Source of the DNA: Scenedesmus sp. PABB004
Lineage: Eukaryota
Reading direction: 5' to 3'
DNA length: 64,000 bases
NCBI GenBank assembly: GCA_014905635.1
Contig: CM026547.1
Span: 3,596,001 to 3,660,000 of the forward strand
The stretch's first letter is position 1; each line of letters opens with the position of its first letter. Positions 1-11,769 of the stretch are shown here, in pieces. The notes beneath the pieces are model-generated. The model made no database searches and was not told where the DNA came from. It was given only the letters and a program-made list of their open reading frames with translations. The translations under genes and the position numbers were made by a program.

Positions 1-498
1 AGCCAAGGCCGGCGTCGCTCTCTGGTTTGGTTTGGCACCTCCCCTGAAGGCGAGGCGCGTGTGCCCGGGGCCCCTCAGCTGCCCACATAAGCAAGTGCAC
101 AACCAGGCTGTGGGGCGCCGCCCCCCCCGCGGGGGGGCGGCGCCGTGGGTTGAGTGGCCACCACCGATCTGGGCCGCCGCGCTCCCGGCTCACCAAGAGA
201 GCCAGACAGGCGCCAGGCGTCCGTGTGTGTGGGGTTTGAGCCGCCGCCTCCCCGCCGCGGCCGCCCAGCAGGCGCGCGGCGGCGCAGAGGCATTCAAGGG
301 ACAGGCGGCGCTTGGAAAGCCCCAAGGTGCAACGCGCGCGTGGCGGGCACAGAGGTTGGGTTGGGCAACAACGCCCCGTGCAGAGAGCGGGGCGGCGGCC
401 GGCGCGCGCGCGCGCCCGCGCTCGAGCAGGCTGGAAAGAGAATGCGCCAGCCTCAAACCAAGCACGCGCGGCCTTGAGGTTCGGTCAAGCGCCAGCGC

Positions 499-3095
499 CT
501 AGTAGAGCCAGCCGGTGAAGCCGCCGCCGCCGGGCAGCTGGCCGCTCGAGGGGTCGGCGCTCTGGGGGCCGCTCTGGGGGGCGTGCCTGTAGCCCCTGCT
601 GCCGTCCGAGGCGGCGTGCAGCTGGTCGAACATGCTGCCGGACGTGGTGCTCAGGCCGCCGCCGCCCTGCACGCCCGGCCACAACGCGCCGCCGCTGCTG
701 GCCGCGGCCTGCGGCTGGCCGCCGAGGCCGTGCTGCTGCGGCAGCATGTAGAGCAGCTGCTGCATGTCAAACGCGGGGCCGCCGGCGGCGGCGAGCCCCG
801 TGCCGGGCAGGCCGCCCGTCGCGGGCGGCGGCGCCCACATGTGCATGCCGCCGCCGCTGCCGCCGGCCATGCCGGCGCCCTGCACCACCGCCACGCCCGG
901 CAGGCCATACACCGCCTGCGCCTCCTGCGCCGCGGCGGCGTAGCCGTACGGCAGCGCCACCTGCTGCTGCTGCTGCTGCGCGTAAAGCAGCTGCGGCGCC
1001 AGCCGGCCGCCGCCGGCGGCGTAGCCGCCGTATGGCGCGCCGAGGCCGCCGGCGCGCAGGCCCGGCTGCGGCTGCGGCTGCGCCGCGCCGCCGGCGCCGG
1101 CGCCGCGGTGGTACCCGGGCGCCTGCACGGCGAGCTTGCGCGGCCCCTCTGGCGTCATGAGCACCGTGTTGCGCAGCGCCGCGAGCGCCGCCTCCGCCTG
1201 GCCGCCGGTCGCGTACCAGACGGCCGTCGGCACGTCGCCGCCGGGCGCGGCGCCGCCCGGCTGCTGCACGACCGCGACGACGCTGCCGTAGGGTGCGAGG
1301 AGCTCCTGCACGTCGCCAGCGGAGTAGGTGCTGGGCAGGTTGGCGAGCACCAGGCGGAACGCGTCGGGTGCGCAGCCCGGCGGCGGCGCGTCGAGCGCGC
1401 CGCCCGGCGGCCCCGCGGGGCCGCCGGGCTCGGCGTAGCGCGACACGCCGCCGCGGTGGCCCTGCTGGTAGCGCAGCCGCACGCCGCCGCCGGGCGGGCC
1501 GGCCTCGGGCAGCACCGGCAGCTGGTGGGGGCCGACGCGCTCCGCGCCGTAAAAGGGCTGCACCAGCAGCGGGCGCTCCGCGCCGGGCCAGGTGAGCTTG
1601 CCGCTCAGCGCCTCCATGGCCGCCAGCGCGGACGCCTCGCTCTCGAGCACGACCAGGCCGCAGCCGCGCGACTGGGGCGGGCCCTCGCGGCGGTGCGCAA
1701 AGGGCACGACCTGCAGTACCACGCCAAAGCGCTCAAACGCCGCGGCGACCTCGCTCGGCGTCACGCGCGTGGGCAGGCAGGAGTAGCTCACGGTGAAGCC
1801 CTTGGGCATGGGCGGCGGCGGCCCGCCGCCCGCGGGGCTGCGCCGCGGCAGCGTGCTCAGCTGCGCCCACGTCACCTGCGCGCGCGGCGCAGGGTGGAGA
1901 GGGGGGGGGGGCGTGGGCGTGGGCGGCGCGGGCGCGCGGGCGCGGGCCCCCGTCTCCGGCCGCCGTCGCGCCGTCGCGCCGCGCACCTTGAGCGGCGCGG
2001 TGCCGGGCTGCAGGACCTTGCCGTCGAGGCTGTCCATCGCGGAGGTCGCCTCCTCGGTCGAGTACATGGTCACCGTGCCGCTCGCGAGCACGCCGAAGCT
2101 GTCGGTGTAGACCTGGAGGTGCCGCACGCGGCCAAACGCGCTGAAGAGCGCGAGGATGCTGTCGCGGCGGAAGCTCGCGGGCGTGCCGCAAAAGTAGAGC
2201 TTGGCGTTGCGCGCGGGGCAGGACTCGCGCTCCGCGGGCGCGTCGTGCTGCTTCTTGGCGTAGTACACGCTGAGCAGCGCGCCGCCGCCGGTGAGCTGGA
2301 GCTGCCCGTCAAACGTGCCGATCGCGAGGTCGGCCGCCTCCTTGGCCGCGTACGACACGTAGCCGTACCTGCGCGCGCGGCGCGCGGCGCTCTCGGGCGC
2401 GCCCGGCGCGCGGGCGTGCCGCGCGCCGCGCGCCGCGGTGCCGCGCCGCCGCGGTGCCGCGCCGCCGTGGCGCTGCGCCGCCGCGCCGCACCCGACGGGG
2501 CGGCCGCTGGCCTTGTCGAGCACGATGCGCGCCTCGACGACCGCGCCGCACAGGCTGAACAGCGAGCGCAGCTGGTCCTCGCCGTAGCCGTCGGGGATGT
2601 TGACCACCTTGAGCCGGTACACGCCGCCGGCGGGGTCGGGGGGCCTGGCGGGCCGGGGCCAGGGCCTGCTGCGCGGCGAGGGCGGCGGGCGCGGCGCGGC
2701 GCGGCGGTGGTGGGCGCGCGTCGTGAGCGCCGCCAGCTGATGCCCCCTGCGGCGCCCTGCCGCCAGCCCTCGCTGCGGGCGCGCCCGGCGCCCAACGGCG
2801 CTGCGGGGGCGCCGCGGCAGCTGCGCGCGGCGGCGGCGGCGCGCAGCAACGTCGGCTCACCTGGCGGCTGGCCGGCGTCGTACTGCACCAGCGTGACGCC
2901 GGGCTCCCCCGGAGCGGCGCTGCCGCGCCCGGGGCTGCCCGGGCGCGCGGCGCCGGCCATCGCGAGGTCGGGGAAGGCGCTACCTTCTGCCGCGCCGCCG
3001 CTCCCGGCGCCTATGGCGCCCCCCTCGCTGGCGCTGCAGTCGCTGCCATCGGCCGCGCCCGCCAGGGCGCCGCAGGCCTCTCCGGGCGCCTGCAT
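499..3095 (-). CDS. Multi-RRM (four RRM) RNA-binding protein, CELF/FCA/ELAV-like, with Q/G/P-rich C-terminal tail; spliced
   Basis: RRM1 YRLKVVNIP..LFSLCGAVVEARIVLDKASGRPV|GYGYVSY; RRM2 KLYFCGTP..LFSAFGRV; RRM3 SRGCGLVVLESEASALAAMEALSGKLTWPGAERPLLVQ; RRM4 GCAPDAFRLVLANLP. Introns about 2860-2667, 2491-2369 and 1987-1876. Start is uncertain, and joining exon 1 to exon 2 needs one extra C in the C-run near 2638-2643. Confidence 0.8.
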
Positions 3096-3557
3096 CCGCT
3101 CCTAGGCGGCTCCTGCGCGCTCCGGCGCCGGCCCTACCATTACCCAGGGATTGGTTTCAAGCTCCTAATTGGCGAATGGCGGGCGACAATCGGGGCGGCA
3201 GCGGGACAGCAGGGCGCGCCAGCGGTTTGGGACCCGCCCGACGGATAAAAACCGCCCCTCACTCCTACACGGCCGCTCACAGCTCCGCGTTCGAGCGCGA
3301 CAACCGCCGCGCGCGCCGGCGCCGGCCGCCGCCAGCGCGGCAGCGGCAGCGGCACCGCTGCTGGTGACGCTGCGGCGGTGCGACACTGCTGGCTGCTGCG
3401 CTGCGCCCGCGGCTGGCGCTGGCCCGGAAATCACTGCCCGTCCGAGCGCCGCCCGCTGCTCGCGTGTGCGGCGCGCGCGCGCCGGCAGCACCGCCCGGCG
3501 TGTTCCCGGTGTGTTCACCTCCTGCCCGCCCCCTCCCTCCCCCCAGGCCCCTCCTCC

Positions 3558-4257
3558 CTATTGCTGCGCCGCGCCGTGCTGCGCCTTAATCGCCTCGATC
3601 ATCTGCAGGCGGCGGGCGGGCCTGCGTCAGCAGCAGGCGGCGCGGGGACGCCCGTGCCGCGCGCGGCACGCTGCACGGCGCGGGGCGCACCTCCTTGACC
3701 GTGGGCGGGTGCTCCACCTCGGGCGTGCGCGAGCGCTCGATCAGCGCGCGCACCGCAAACGGCACCGTCATGCCTGCGCGGGCGCGGCACCAGGCGCGGC
3801 GGCGACGTCGGGCAGCGGCGGGGTCGGGCAGCGCCGGCGCGCCGGCGGCGCGGCGCTCAGCTGCGCCCGCTGGCGCGCTGGCCCGCGCCCGCCGCACCCG
3901 CCACCGTCCAGTAGAAGGTCCACATGAGAATGGGCTCCCTGCGGCGGCGGCGGCGCGCGGCGCGGTCGGAGGTCGCCGCGCAGCTTGGGCGGCGCCGCCG
4001 GCGCGCGGACACGCGCCCGCGGGGGCTGCCGGCCCTCCCGCGCGTCCCCGGCGGGCCGGGCGTCCCAGGACGCGCAGCTCCCGCTGCCCCCGACGCCCGG
4101 AGCGCCTGATCTGCGGCTGCAGATTGGTCCGGGCCCCGGCGCCTCGCCCCCCGCTCGCCGGGTGCGCGGCGGCCCCGCCGGAGCGTCCGCAGCGCGGAGG
4201 GGGCGCGGGACGCGCAGGGGCTGACCTGAACGTCCACTTTGCGAAGAAGCCGACCAT
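3558..4257 (-). CDS. Small 4-exon single-TM protein (about 66 aa), probable mitochondrial complex I subunit NDUFA3/B9-like
   Basis: Spliced translation MVGFFAKWTFR-EPILMWTFYWTVAG-MTVPFAVRALIERSRTPEVEHPPTVKE-MIEAIKAQHGAAQQ*, with GT-AG introns in consistent phase. The W..R/K-E-P-hydrophobic helix pattern resembles NDUFA3/NI9M. Confidence 0.6.
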
Positions 4258-4562
4258 TTTGCCCCCTGCGCCCGCTCCTCGTTGCCTGTTGCCTGCTGCG
4301 CCGCCCAGGCGCCGCGACCCCGGCCGCCGAGCGCTGCCGGGCCCGGGCGCGGGCGGTGCTGCTGCCGGCTGCGCCGCGGCCGCCGCCGCTCCCCCTCCTG
4401 CTGCGGGCGCGGTCTCGGCTGGCGGACGCGTGCGGCCGGGCCGTGCGTGCGGCTGGGTGAACGAACGGCGGTGTGTGGCGGACCTGCGGCACCGCTCGCT
4501 GCGCGGCTCGCTGCGGCCCGCCGGCAGGGCTCAGCGGCGTTGCACCGCGAGGCCTGCGCCGC

Positions 4563-5895
4563 TCACGCGGCGTCCGGCACGACCACCTGCACCTTGATGC
4601 AGCCCCCGCCGCCGCCCGCGAGCGCCATCGCCTCGACGCCGCGCGCGAGCGGGACCTCGTGGCTGACCATGCGCGCCAGCAGCGCGCGCAGCGGCGCGCT
4701 CCCCGACATCAGCTCCAGCGCCGCGCCCATGGGCCCGCAGCGCGAGCCGACCAGCGTCTTTTCGTTGACCACGATGTCATTGGCGAGCTCCGCCCACGTC
4801 GGCGCGTCGCGCGCCGCGGAGGGCAGCGCTGACACCGTCGTCTCCACGGCGGCGGCCGCGGGCAGCGGGCAGCGGGCGGGAGCATCAGCAACTCAGCGCC
4901 TGCGCCGGACCTCTCGCCGCGCAGCGCAGCGCCGCCCGACCCGCACCTTCAGCACGAGCGTGCCGAGCGGCCGCGTGAGCGCGAGCGCGGCGCGCACGCC
5001 CGCCGCGGAGCCTGCGCGCCGGTGGCGCCGGCATGCCGGCGGGCGGGGTGGCCGCGTGGGCGGCCAGCCGCGCGCGCGGCGCGGGGCGCGGCGCGGCCCG
5101 GCGCGGCTGGCGGCGCACCCGACGCCTCGACGACGAGCTCAAACCCGCCTGCGTGCTCCTCAAGGGCACCGGCACCCTCGCCGACCACGACGCGCGCGGC
5201 GGTGCCCGGCACGAGCGCGAGCTTGTCGGCGTGGCGCCCAAAGTGCGTGACGCGCCCGGGCGCGCGGTCGGCGAGCACCGCCGCGATGAGCAGCCCCAGC
5301 CGGCCGTCGCCGAGCACCGCCACCCGCCCCTGCTCCAGCAGCAGCCCCTGCTCCACGATGCGGCAGGCCGCCGCGAGCGGCTCGCAGAACGCGGCCTCCG
5401 CGTCGCTGAGGCAGTCCGGCACGACCAGCAGGTTGCGCGCCGGCAGGGTGCAGAACTCGGCGAGGCAGCCGTGGCGGCCGATGATGCCGAGGACGGACCT
5501 GCGCGCGCGGGCCGCAGCACAGCGCGCGTGATGGTGTGCGAACGAGCTCGCCCGGTCCGCGCGCGCCGCCGCGCCGCGCACCGGCCGGGGGCGTGGTTGC
5601 GCGTGAACACCGCGTCGGCGCATGCGAAGCCGCCGTCGTTGCAGTTGATCTCGCCGACCACCCGCTGCCCGACGAGCCCCGGTCGCGAAGCGCACTCGAC
5701 GACGATGCCGACGAACTCGTGCCCCAGCACGCCGTCGTAGCCGGGCACGTAGCCGCGCGTGATCTCCAGGTCTGTAGAGCAGACGCCCGCCCGCTTCACG
5801 CGCACGAGCGCCTCGCCCTCGCCGGGCACCGGGCGGGGCTGGTCATGCACGAGCCGCAGCGAGTCGGTCGCCGCGGTGTACACCAGCGCCTGCAT
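4563..5895 (-). CDS. Zinc-dependent medium-chain dehydrogenase/reductase (threonine/alcohol dehydrogenase-like); spliced
   Basis: GVCSTD, GVLGHEFVG, GQRVVGEIN, AAFCEPLA, VAVLGDGRLG (Rossmann), VVEASG, LVGSRCGP motifs. Confidence 0.9.
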
Positions 5896-6354
5896 CTGGC
5901 CCAGCGTCTGCACCCGCGGCGGAGCTACCCCACGTCGCAGCTGCGGCCGCTGCGCGGCGGGCGGCGGGCGCGCGGTGGGCGCGCGGCGGGGCACCGCGCT
6001 GCGGGGCACCGCCGCTGCTCGCCGCCGCCGGTGCGCCGGTGCCGCTGGCCTGGAGCAGCGCCCTCGCGCCGGTCGCGACTGAGAGCTCAGAGGCAGCGTG
6101 ATGGCCGGGGCGAAAGCGACTGGGATGCCCCAGGAGGCGGCGACGGCCACACCAGCGCAGGAGCTGAACTGAACCCCTGCCGCGGTGCGCTTGGGTCGCC
6201 TCTGGTCTCAGAGGTGGTCCGCACGCACGCACACGCACACGCACACGCACGCACCCTCGCGCCAGTCGCCGCTGTCGCTGCCGCTGCGCCCGCCCGCCGC
6301 TGCCGCTGCGCCCGCCGCTGCCGCCGCCGCCGCGCGAGCACGGCTGCCGCTGCG

Positions 6355-7523
6355 ATGCCCTTCGCGCCCAGCAGGGCGGGACAGCGGATCCACGCTCCAG
6401 CAGGGCGGGATCCACGCTCCAGCAGGGCGGGACAGAGGATCCACCGGGCCAGCGGGCACGCTGCGGTCGCCCCGCGCCGCCCGGGCGCACGCAGCGCGCG
6501 GCTCGCGGCGGGCGGCGGGCCGCCGCAGGGCCTGGCCGCGCCGCCGGCGTCGCCCGCCGAGAGCAGCCTGCCGCCTGGCAAGGCCTGGCTCGCGGGCGTC
6601 GGCCCCGGCGGCTGGGACCACGTGACGCTCAAGGTCGCCCGCCTGATCAGCCAGGCGGACGCGCTCGTGTACGACGACCTCGGCGCGGCGGAGCTCTGCG
6701 CCGCCGCGCCCCCGTGGGCGGAGGCGCACTTCGTCGGCAAGCGCGGCGGGCAGGCAGGGTCGACCAAGCAGCCCGAGATCGACGCGCTGCTGGTGCGGCT
6801 CTGCGCGGCGGGCAAGCGCGTCGTGCGGCTGAAGGGCGGGTGCCCCTCCACGTTCTCCCGCGTGCGGAGCGAGGCGGCGGCGCTCGCGGCGGCGGGATGC
6901 GCGTTCGAACTCGTGCCCGGCGTGAGCACCGCGACGTCCGCGCCGGTGCTTGCAGGTGCGCTGGTGCAGGCGGCGCGGGACGCCGCGCGGCCGCGGCCGG
7001 TTTGACGGTCTGCCGTCTCAAACGGCGCCGCCGCCACCGCCGCGCCGCCGCGCAGGGCTGCCGCTGACTGACGCGGCGCTCGCCGGGGCGTACGCCGTGG
7101 TGAGCGGGCACGACGCGGCGGGCGTCGACTGGGCGGCGTTTGCCCGCATCCCGACCCTCGTCGTGCTCATGGGCGGCCGCGCGCTGCCGGCGATTGTGCA
7201 GCAGCTGCTGGCCACGGGCTGGGCGCAGGACACGCCGGTGAGCCCAGCGCAGCGCACCTTTTCAGCCGGCTGCGCGGCGCGCGGCACCGAGCGCGCAGAG
7301 CTGCGCGTGACTCGAGCCCGCGCCCGCCCGCGCCGGCCGCCACGCGCAGGCGGCGCTGGTCAAGGCTGCCGGCACGCCGGCACAGCGCTGCTGGTTCAGC
7401 ACGCTGGCGCGCCTGGAGCGCGACACCGCGCCGGGCGCGCCGCTGTCGCCGTGCGTCATCGTCGTGGGCAAGGTCGCGGGCCTTCCTGCGGCGTGGGCAG
7501 CGGCGGCGCCGCCGCCCGGCTGA
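6355..7523 (+). CDS. Uroporphyrinogen-III C-methyltransferase (SUMT/UPM1/CobA)-like protein, plastid-targeted; 3 exons
   Basis: GVGPGG..VTLK..LISQADALVYDDL, FVGKRGG, QPEIDALLV, VVRLKGG, FELVPGVS, VVSGHD, TLVVLMG, SPCVIVVGKV. Introns about 6957-7055 and 7238-7349. Confidence 0.85.
6368..6444 (+). repeat. Imperfect three-unit tandem repeat (29/22/26 nt) inside the predicted transit peptide
   Basis: Three copies of CCAGCAGGGCGGGA(CAGNGGA)TCCAC starting at 6368, 6397 and 6419. Confidence 0.9.
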
Positions 7524-7636
7524 CCGGCGCGAGCTGCGCGTGCTTACACGCGCCCCGTTCGCGGCTGCGTTGATGCCGTAACCGCCGCTCCGCCGGCGCG
7601 CGCGCGAGGCCAGGGGCCGGTGTCTGCCGGGGCTGC

Positions 7637-9221
7637 TCAGTCGTCAAAGAGCAGCACGCGCGGCCCCACGCCGTCGCCGCCCGCGCCGAGCGCGGCCGCG
7701 ACGCCGGGCGTGGGCCGCAGCGCGGGCGTGGCGAGCATGCCGATGATGTCGCTCAGCGGCGTGCCGGGCGCGCCGCGCGCGCCGCACAGCGCGAGCAGCT
7801 CCCCCGCGTCGATGTCGTCGTCGCTGCTCTCCGCGCCGCACGCGCCGTCGCCGCGGCCGTCGCCGTCGTCGCTGCCGCCGCGCGCGCCCGCCACGAGGCC
7901 CGCCGTCGGGCTGCCGGGCTGCGGCGCCCCGTCGCCGCCGCCCTGGGCCGCCAGCATGAGCCGTATGACCTGCTGCTCGGGGCTGGGCGGCGGCGCGGCG
8001 CCGAGGCGCGACTGCTGCGCGCCGCGGGGCGTCTGGCCCTCCAGCATCAGCTCGATCACGGCGCCCACGGGGCTGCCCGGCGGCGCGCCGGCGCCGCGGC
8101 CGGGCGTCGGCCGCGGCCGGCCGCCCAGGCCCAGCTGGCTCAGCGGCGTCGCCAGCGCGTCGCCGCCGGCCTCGCAAGCGCCGCTGCCGGCGGCGGCGGG
8201 GCTGCTGCCGACCGGCGTCGGCGCGGGCGCGCGCGGCGGCGTGCGGGGCGGCGCGCGGGCGGCGGCGGCGCCGCCGCACGCGAGCGCCGCGCGCGCCGTG
8301 GCGGCCGCGACCTCGTGCGCGCCCACGGTCGTGGCCGCCTCGCTGCCGCCGTCGTCGCCGTCGTCGCCGTCCTCGCTGCCCGCGTCCGCGGGGCCGAGGT
8401 CAAACAGCGGCCGGCTGCGCGGCTGCGCGCTCGCGGGCGACACCGCCGAGCGCGGCAGCCCCGCAGCCACGGTGCTCATGGGCGTGCCGGCCGCGGGGGA
8501 CGGCGCCGGCGCGCGCGGCGGCGTCGCGCCGGCCGGGCTGCGGCGCGGCGTCCACTTGGCGCTGCCCGTCGCCGCCAGCCAGGCCTGGAAGTGCGCGCTG
8601 CCGCCTGCGGCGCGGGCGGCGCGCGCGCGCGCGTGGGCGCCAAGCGCCCGGGGCGCCGGCGCCGCCGCGCCCTGCTCCGGCCCAGCCCCGCCGCGGCGCG
8701 GCGCCGCACCCGAGCGGTCAGGCTGCTCGCGCCCCTCGACCGTCGGCGGCGGCGTGTTCTCGTCGCCCGGCCGCGCGCTGGCCATGGACGCCGTGGGCGG
8801 CGTCTTCTGCCCCGCGTAGGGGCTGGTGCACATCACCCAATCGCTGAACCTGCGCGGCACAGCGGTCGGCGCGGGCCGCGCGGAGGGCGAGAGGGCGAGA
8901 AGGGCCCGCCGCCGGGCGGGCGGCGCTGGCGCACCGCTTGCCGCTGTCGGCGGGCGTGGCGTTGAGGCCGCCGGGGGTGCGCCGGAACAGCAGCGGGCTG
9001 TGCTGCATGGCGTTGTCGACGGCGCCGCCCTGCGGCGTGCGCGCCCTGCGCACGAGCGCGCGCCGGCAGCGGTCGGCGGCGAGCGCGCCGGCGCAGCGGC
9101 GGCGGGCCGCGGCGGCGCCGGCGGCCGCCCCAGCGCACCCGTTGCCCAGCTTGCTGTCGGGCGTGCCCGGGCCGCCGTGCGAGGCCTGCAGGGGGCTGCC
9201 GAAGCAGAAGGCGTCCGCCAT
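7637..9221 (-). CDS. Hypothetical low-complexity protein rich in S/T-P motifs; 2 exons
   Basis: MADAFCFGSP...MQHSPLLFRRTPGG..SGK|RFSDWVMCTSP...PRVLLFDD*. Intron about 8934-8850. TGTAA signal at 7544-7548 downstream. Confidence 0.6.
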
Positions 9222-9577
9222 CCCGCGTTGCGAGCGCGCTCGCTGCCCAGAAGGCCGGGGTCGGGCGCTGTGGCCCGTGGGAACGCGAGCAACGCGGCTG
9301 CAGCGGGACGGCGGGCCCTCCTGGCGCGGCCAGCGAATTTGAGCGCCCAGGTCTCGCCGTTCATGGACCCTGCGGCGCCGTGGCGACCGCGATCACCGCC
9401 GTCGCACCACACGCCACACGGCACACGCAGCTGCGCGGCGCCCTCTCCAGCGCAGCCCGCGGGGCCAGCCATCACCGCACCCAAGGGCGGCGCCCGCGCC
9501 AGGCCGGCCCCTGTCCTCCCCTTCTTTCGCTCCCACGCAGCAGCAGCCATGAGCCTGCTCGGTTCCGGATCCGTCCA

Positions 9578-11234
9578 CATGGCGGGCCGCATCGCGCGGG
9601 TGCGGCGGCGCGGCGCGCGAGCAGCGCCGCCGTTCGCGGCCCGCCCGCGCGCCGCGGCGCCCGATCCGGCCGGCCCCGGCTGACGCCTCCCCGTTCCCGC
9701 CCGTCCCGCGCCCGCAGCCGCTGGCGGGCGGCGGCGGCAGGCCCGGCGGCAGCGAGCCGCGCTGCCAAAAGTGCCTGCAGGCGGGGCACTGGACCTACGA
9801 GTGCAAGGGCCAGCCGGCCTACCAGTCGCGCCCCTCCGCCAGCCAGCAGCTCATGAACCCGGTGCGCTGCCCGGCCGCGCGCTGCGCGGGCGCCGCCGCC
9901 GCTGCCGCGCGCCGCCGTGCCGCGCTCGCCGATCCCCCGCCCCGTCCCGCCCCGCGCCCGCCGCAGGCCAAGCGCAAGTACCTGGACGCCTCGGAGGTGC
10001 CGGAGTGGATGCGCTTCAGCAAGAAGGAGCTGGAGGCGCGGCAGCGCGCCGAGGCCGAGGAGCGGCGCAAGGCGCGCAAGAAGAAGCACAAGCCCGCGCC
10101 GTCCTCGTCGTCCAGCAGCAGCAGCAGCAGCTCCTCGTCAGACTCTGGCAGCACCACCAGCTCCAGCACGACCTCGTCGGGCTCGTCCTCCAGCTCCGGC
10201 AGCAGCGGCAGCAGCGGCAGCAGCAGCAGCAGCAGCGACAGCAGCAGCAGCAGCGACAGCGGGCGCCGGCGCAAGTCGCCGCCGCGCAAGCGCTCCAAGC
10301 GCGCCGGCTCGGGGGACAAGCGCGGCGCCGCGCGGGACCGCAGCGCGTCGCCGCCGCCGCCGCCGCGCGGCGGCGGCAGCGCCGAGGACGTTGAGGAGCG
10401 CGCGCCCGCCGACGGTGACGCGCGGCAGCGCAGCCCGCCCGGCAGCGCCGGCCGCCGGCCTGACGGGCGGGCGGACGGGCGGGCCGCCGCGGCGGCGGCC
10501 GACCCCGCCGGCGGCGGCAAGCTGCGCCCCGAGCAGCAGGCGCCCGAGGCTCGCGGCGGCGGCCGGGACGACAGCCGCGAGCGGCGCGGCGGGCGCGGCC
10601 GCAGCCGCAGCGCCAGCCCGGGCAGGTGGCGCGGCAGCGACGACGAGGGCGACCGCCGCCCCACGCTGGGCGCGCGCCACGCGCGCGAGCGCCTGGCCGC
10701 CCCGCCGGGCGAGCGCCGGCGCCACGTGCGCTCCGAGGTCGCCGACCGCGGCGGAGACGTGGCGCGGGGCGGGCCGCGCGGCCGCTCGCCGCAGCGCCGC
10801 GGCGGCGCCGGGCGCAGCCCCGACCGCAGCCGGGAGCGCGGCGGCGGCGCGCGCGGGCGCGCCCGCGCTCGCCGCCGCGCGGACGGTCGGGCTCTCCGCC
10901 GCGCGGCCGGCCCCGCTCGCCGCGCGGTGCGCCGCCCCGCTCGCCTGCCAGGCGCGGCGGCGAGCGGCGCCGCAGCCCCTCGCCCCGCGCCGGCGAGCGG
11001 CGGGCGGAGCGCGGCGGGCGCGAGCCGGAGGCGCGTGCGGGGCGCAGCCCCGGGCGCAGCGACGGCGGCGACCGCCGCAAGAGCCCCGGCAGCCCCTCTG
11101 GCAGCAGCAGCAGCAGCAGCTCCTCCAGCAGCTCGGGCGGCAGCAGCGACAGCGGGCGGCGGAGCGGCGGCGGCGAGCCCAAGCGCGTGCCGCTGCGCCG
11201 CGGCCGCGCGCGCAGCCCGGCGGCGAGCAGGTAG
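9578..11234 (+). CDS. Zinc-knuckle ZCCHC10-like protein with Ser-rich and RS/RSP-rich tail; spliced, with an apparent frameshift near 10850
   Basis: MAGRIAR|..[40 protein letters not shown].. matches the ZCCHC10-type knuckle. Poly-Ser and RSPP repeats follow. 3' end is uncertain. Confidence 0.75.
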
Positions 11235-11769
11235 TGGGAGGCTCTGGAACTCGCAGGCGGCCTTGCCCTGGTCGCGCGAGGCGGCGCCTGGCGTCGTGCC
11301 CGGCCGACGCCGCCGCGCCGCGCAGCGCGCCGCCGCCGGCCGCGCCCGGCGCGGTGGCGCGTACGATGACGCCGGCCACGGCCGCCTGGGGGCGCGCGCG
11401 CAGCCGCGGCGAGCGGCGGCCCGGCCTTCAAGCGCCCTGCGCCGCGGCGGCCGGGACCTCGCTTTGACCATGCTCTGTGCGCGCCCCCGTCGCCCTCGCC
11501 CGCCAGAGTCGGCTCTCGTCCCGTCGCCAGGCGCCCGCGCACGCCACGACCGCGCCGCTCGCTGCCGCTGCCCCCCTGGCACCAGCCCTTCGTCGCGCAC
11601 CGGCGCCGGCCGAGTACGCGCGCGCCGGCGCCGTCGCCCGGGCCGATCGACGCCGCTCGCCGCACGGCCGCGGGCGGGCTGGGCGCGCGCGCGCGCGCCG
11701 ACCGGGTGCCCGGCCCTCTCAGAGCGCGCGCAGGCCGCGCCAGGCCGCGTGGACGGCACCGGTGTCGCG

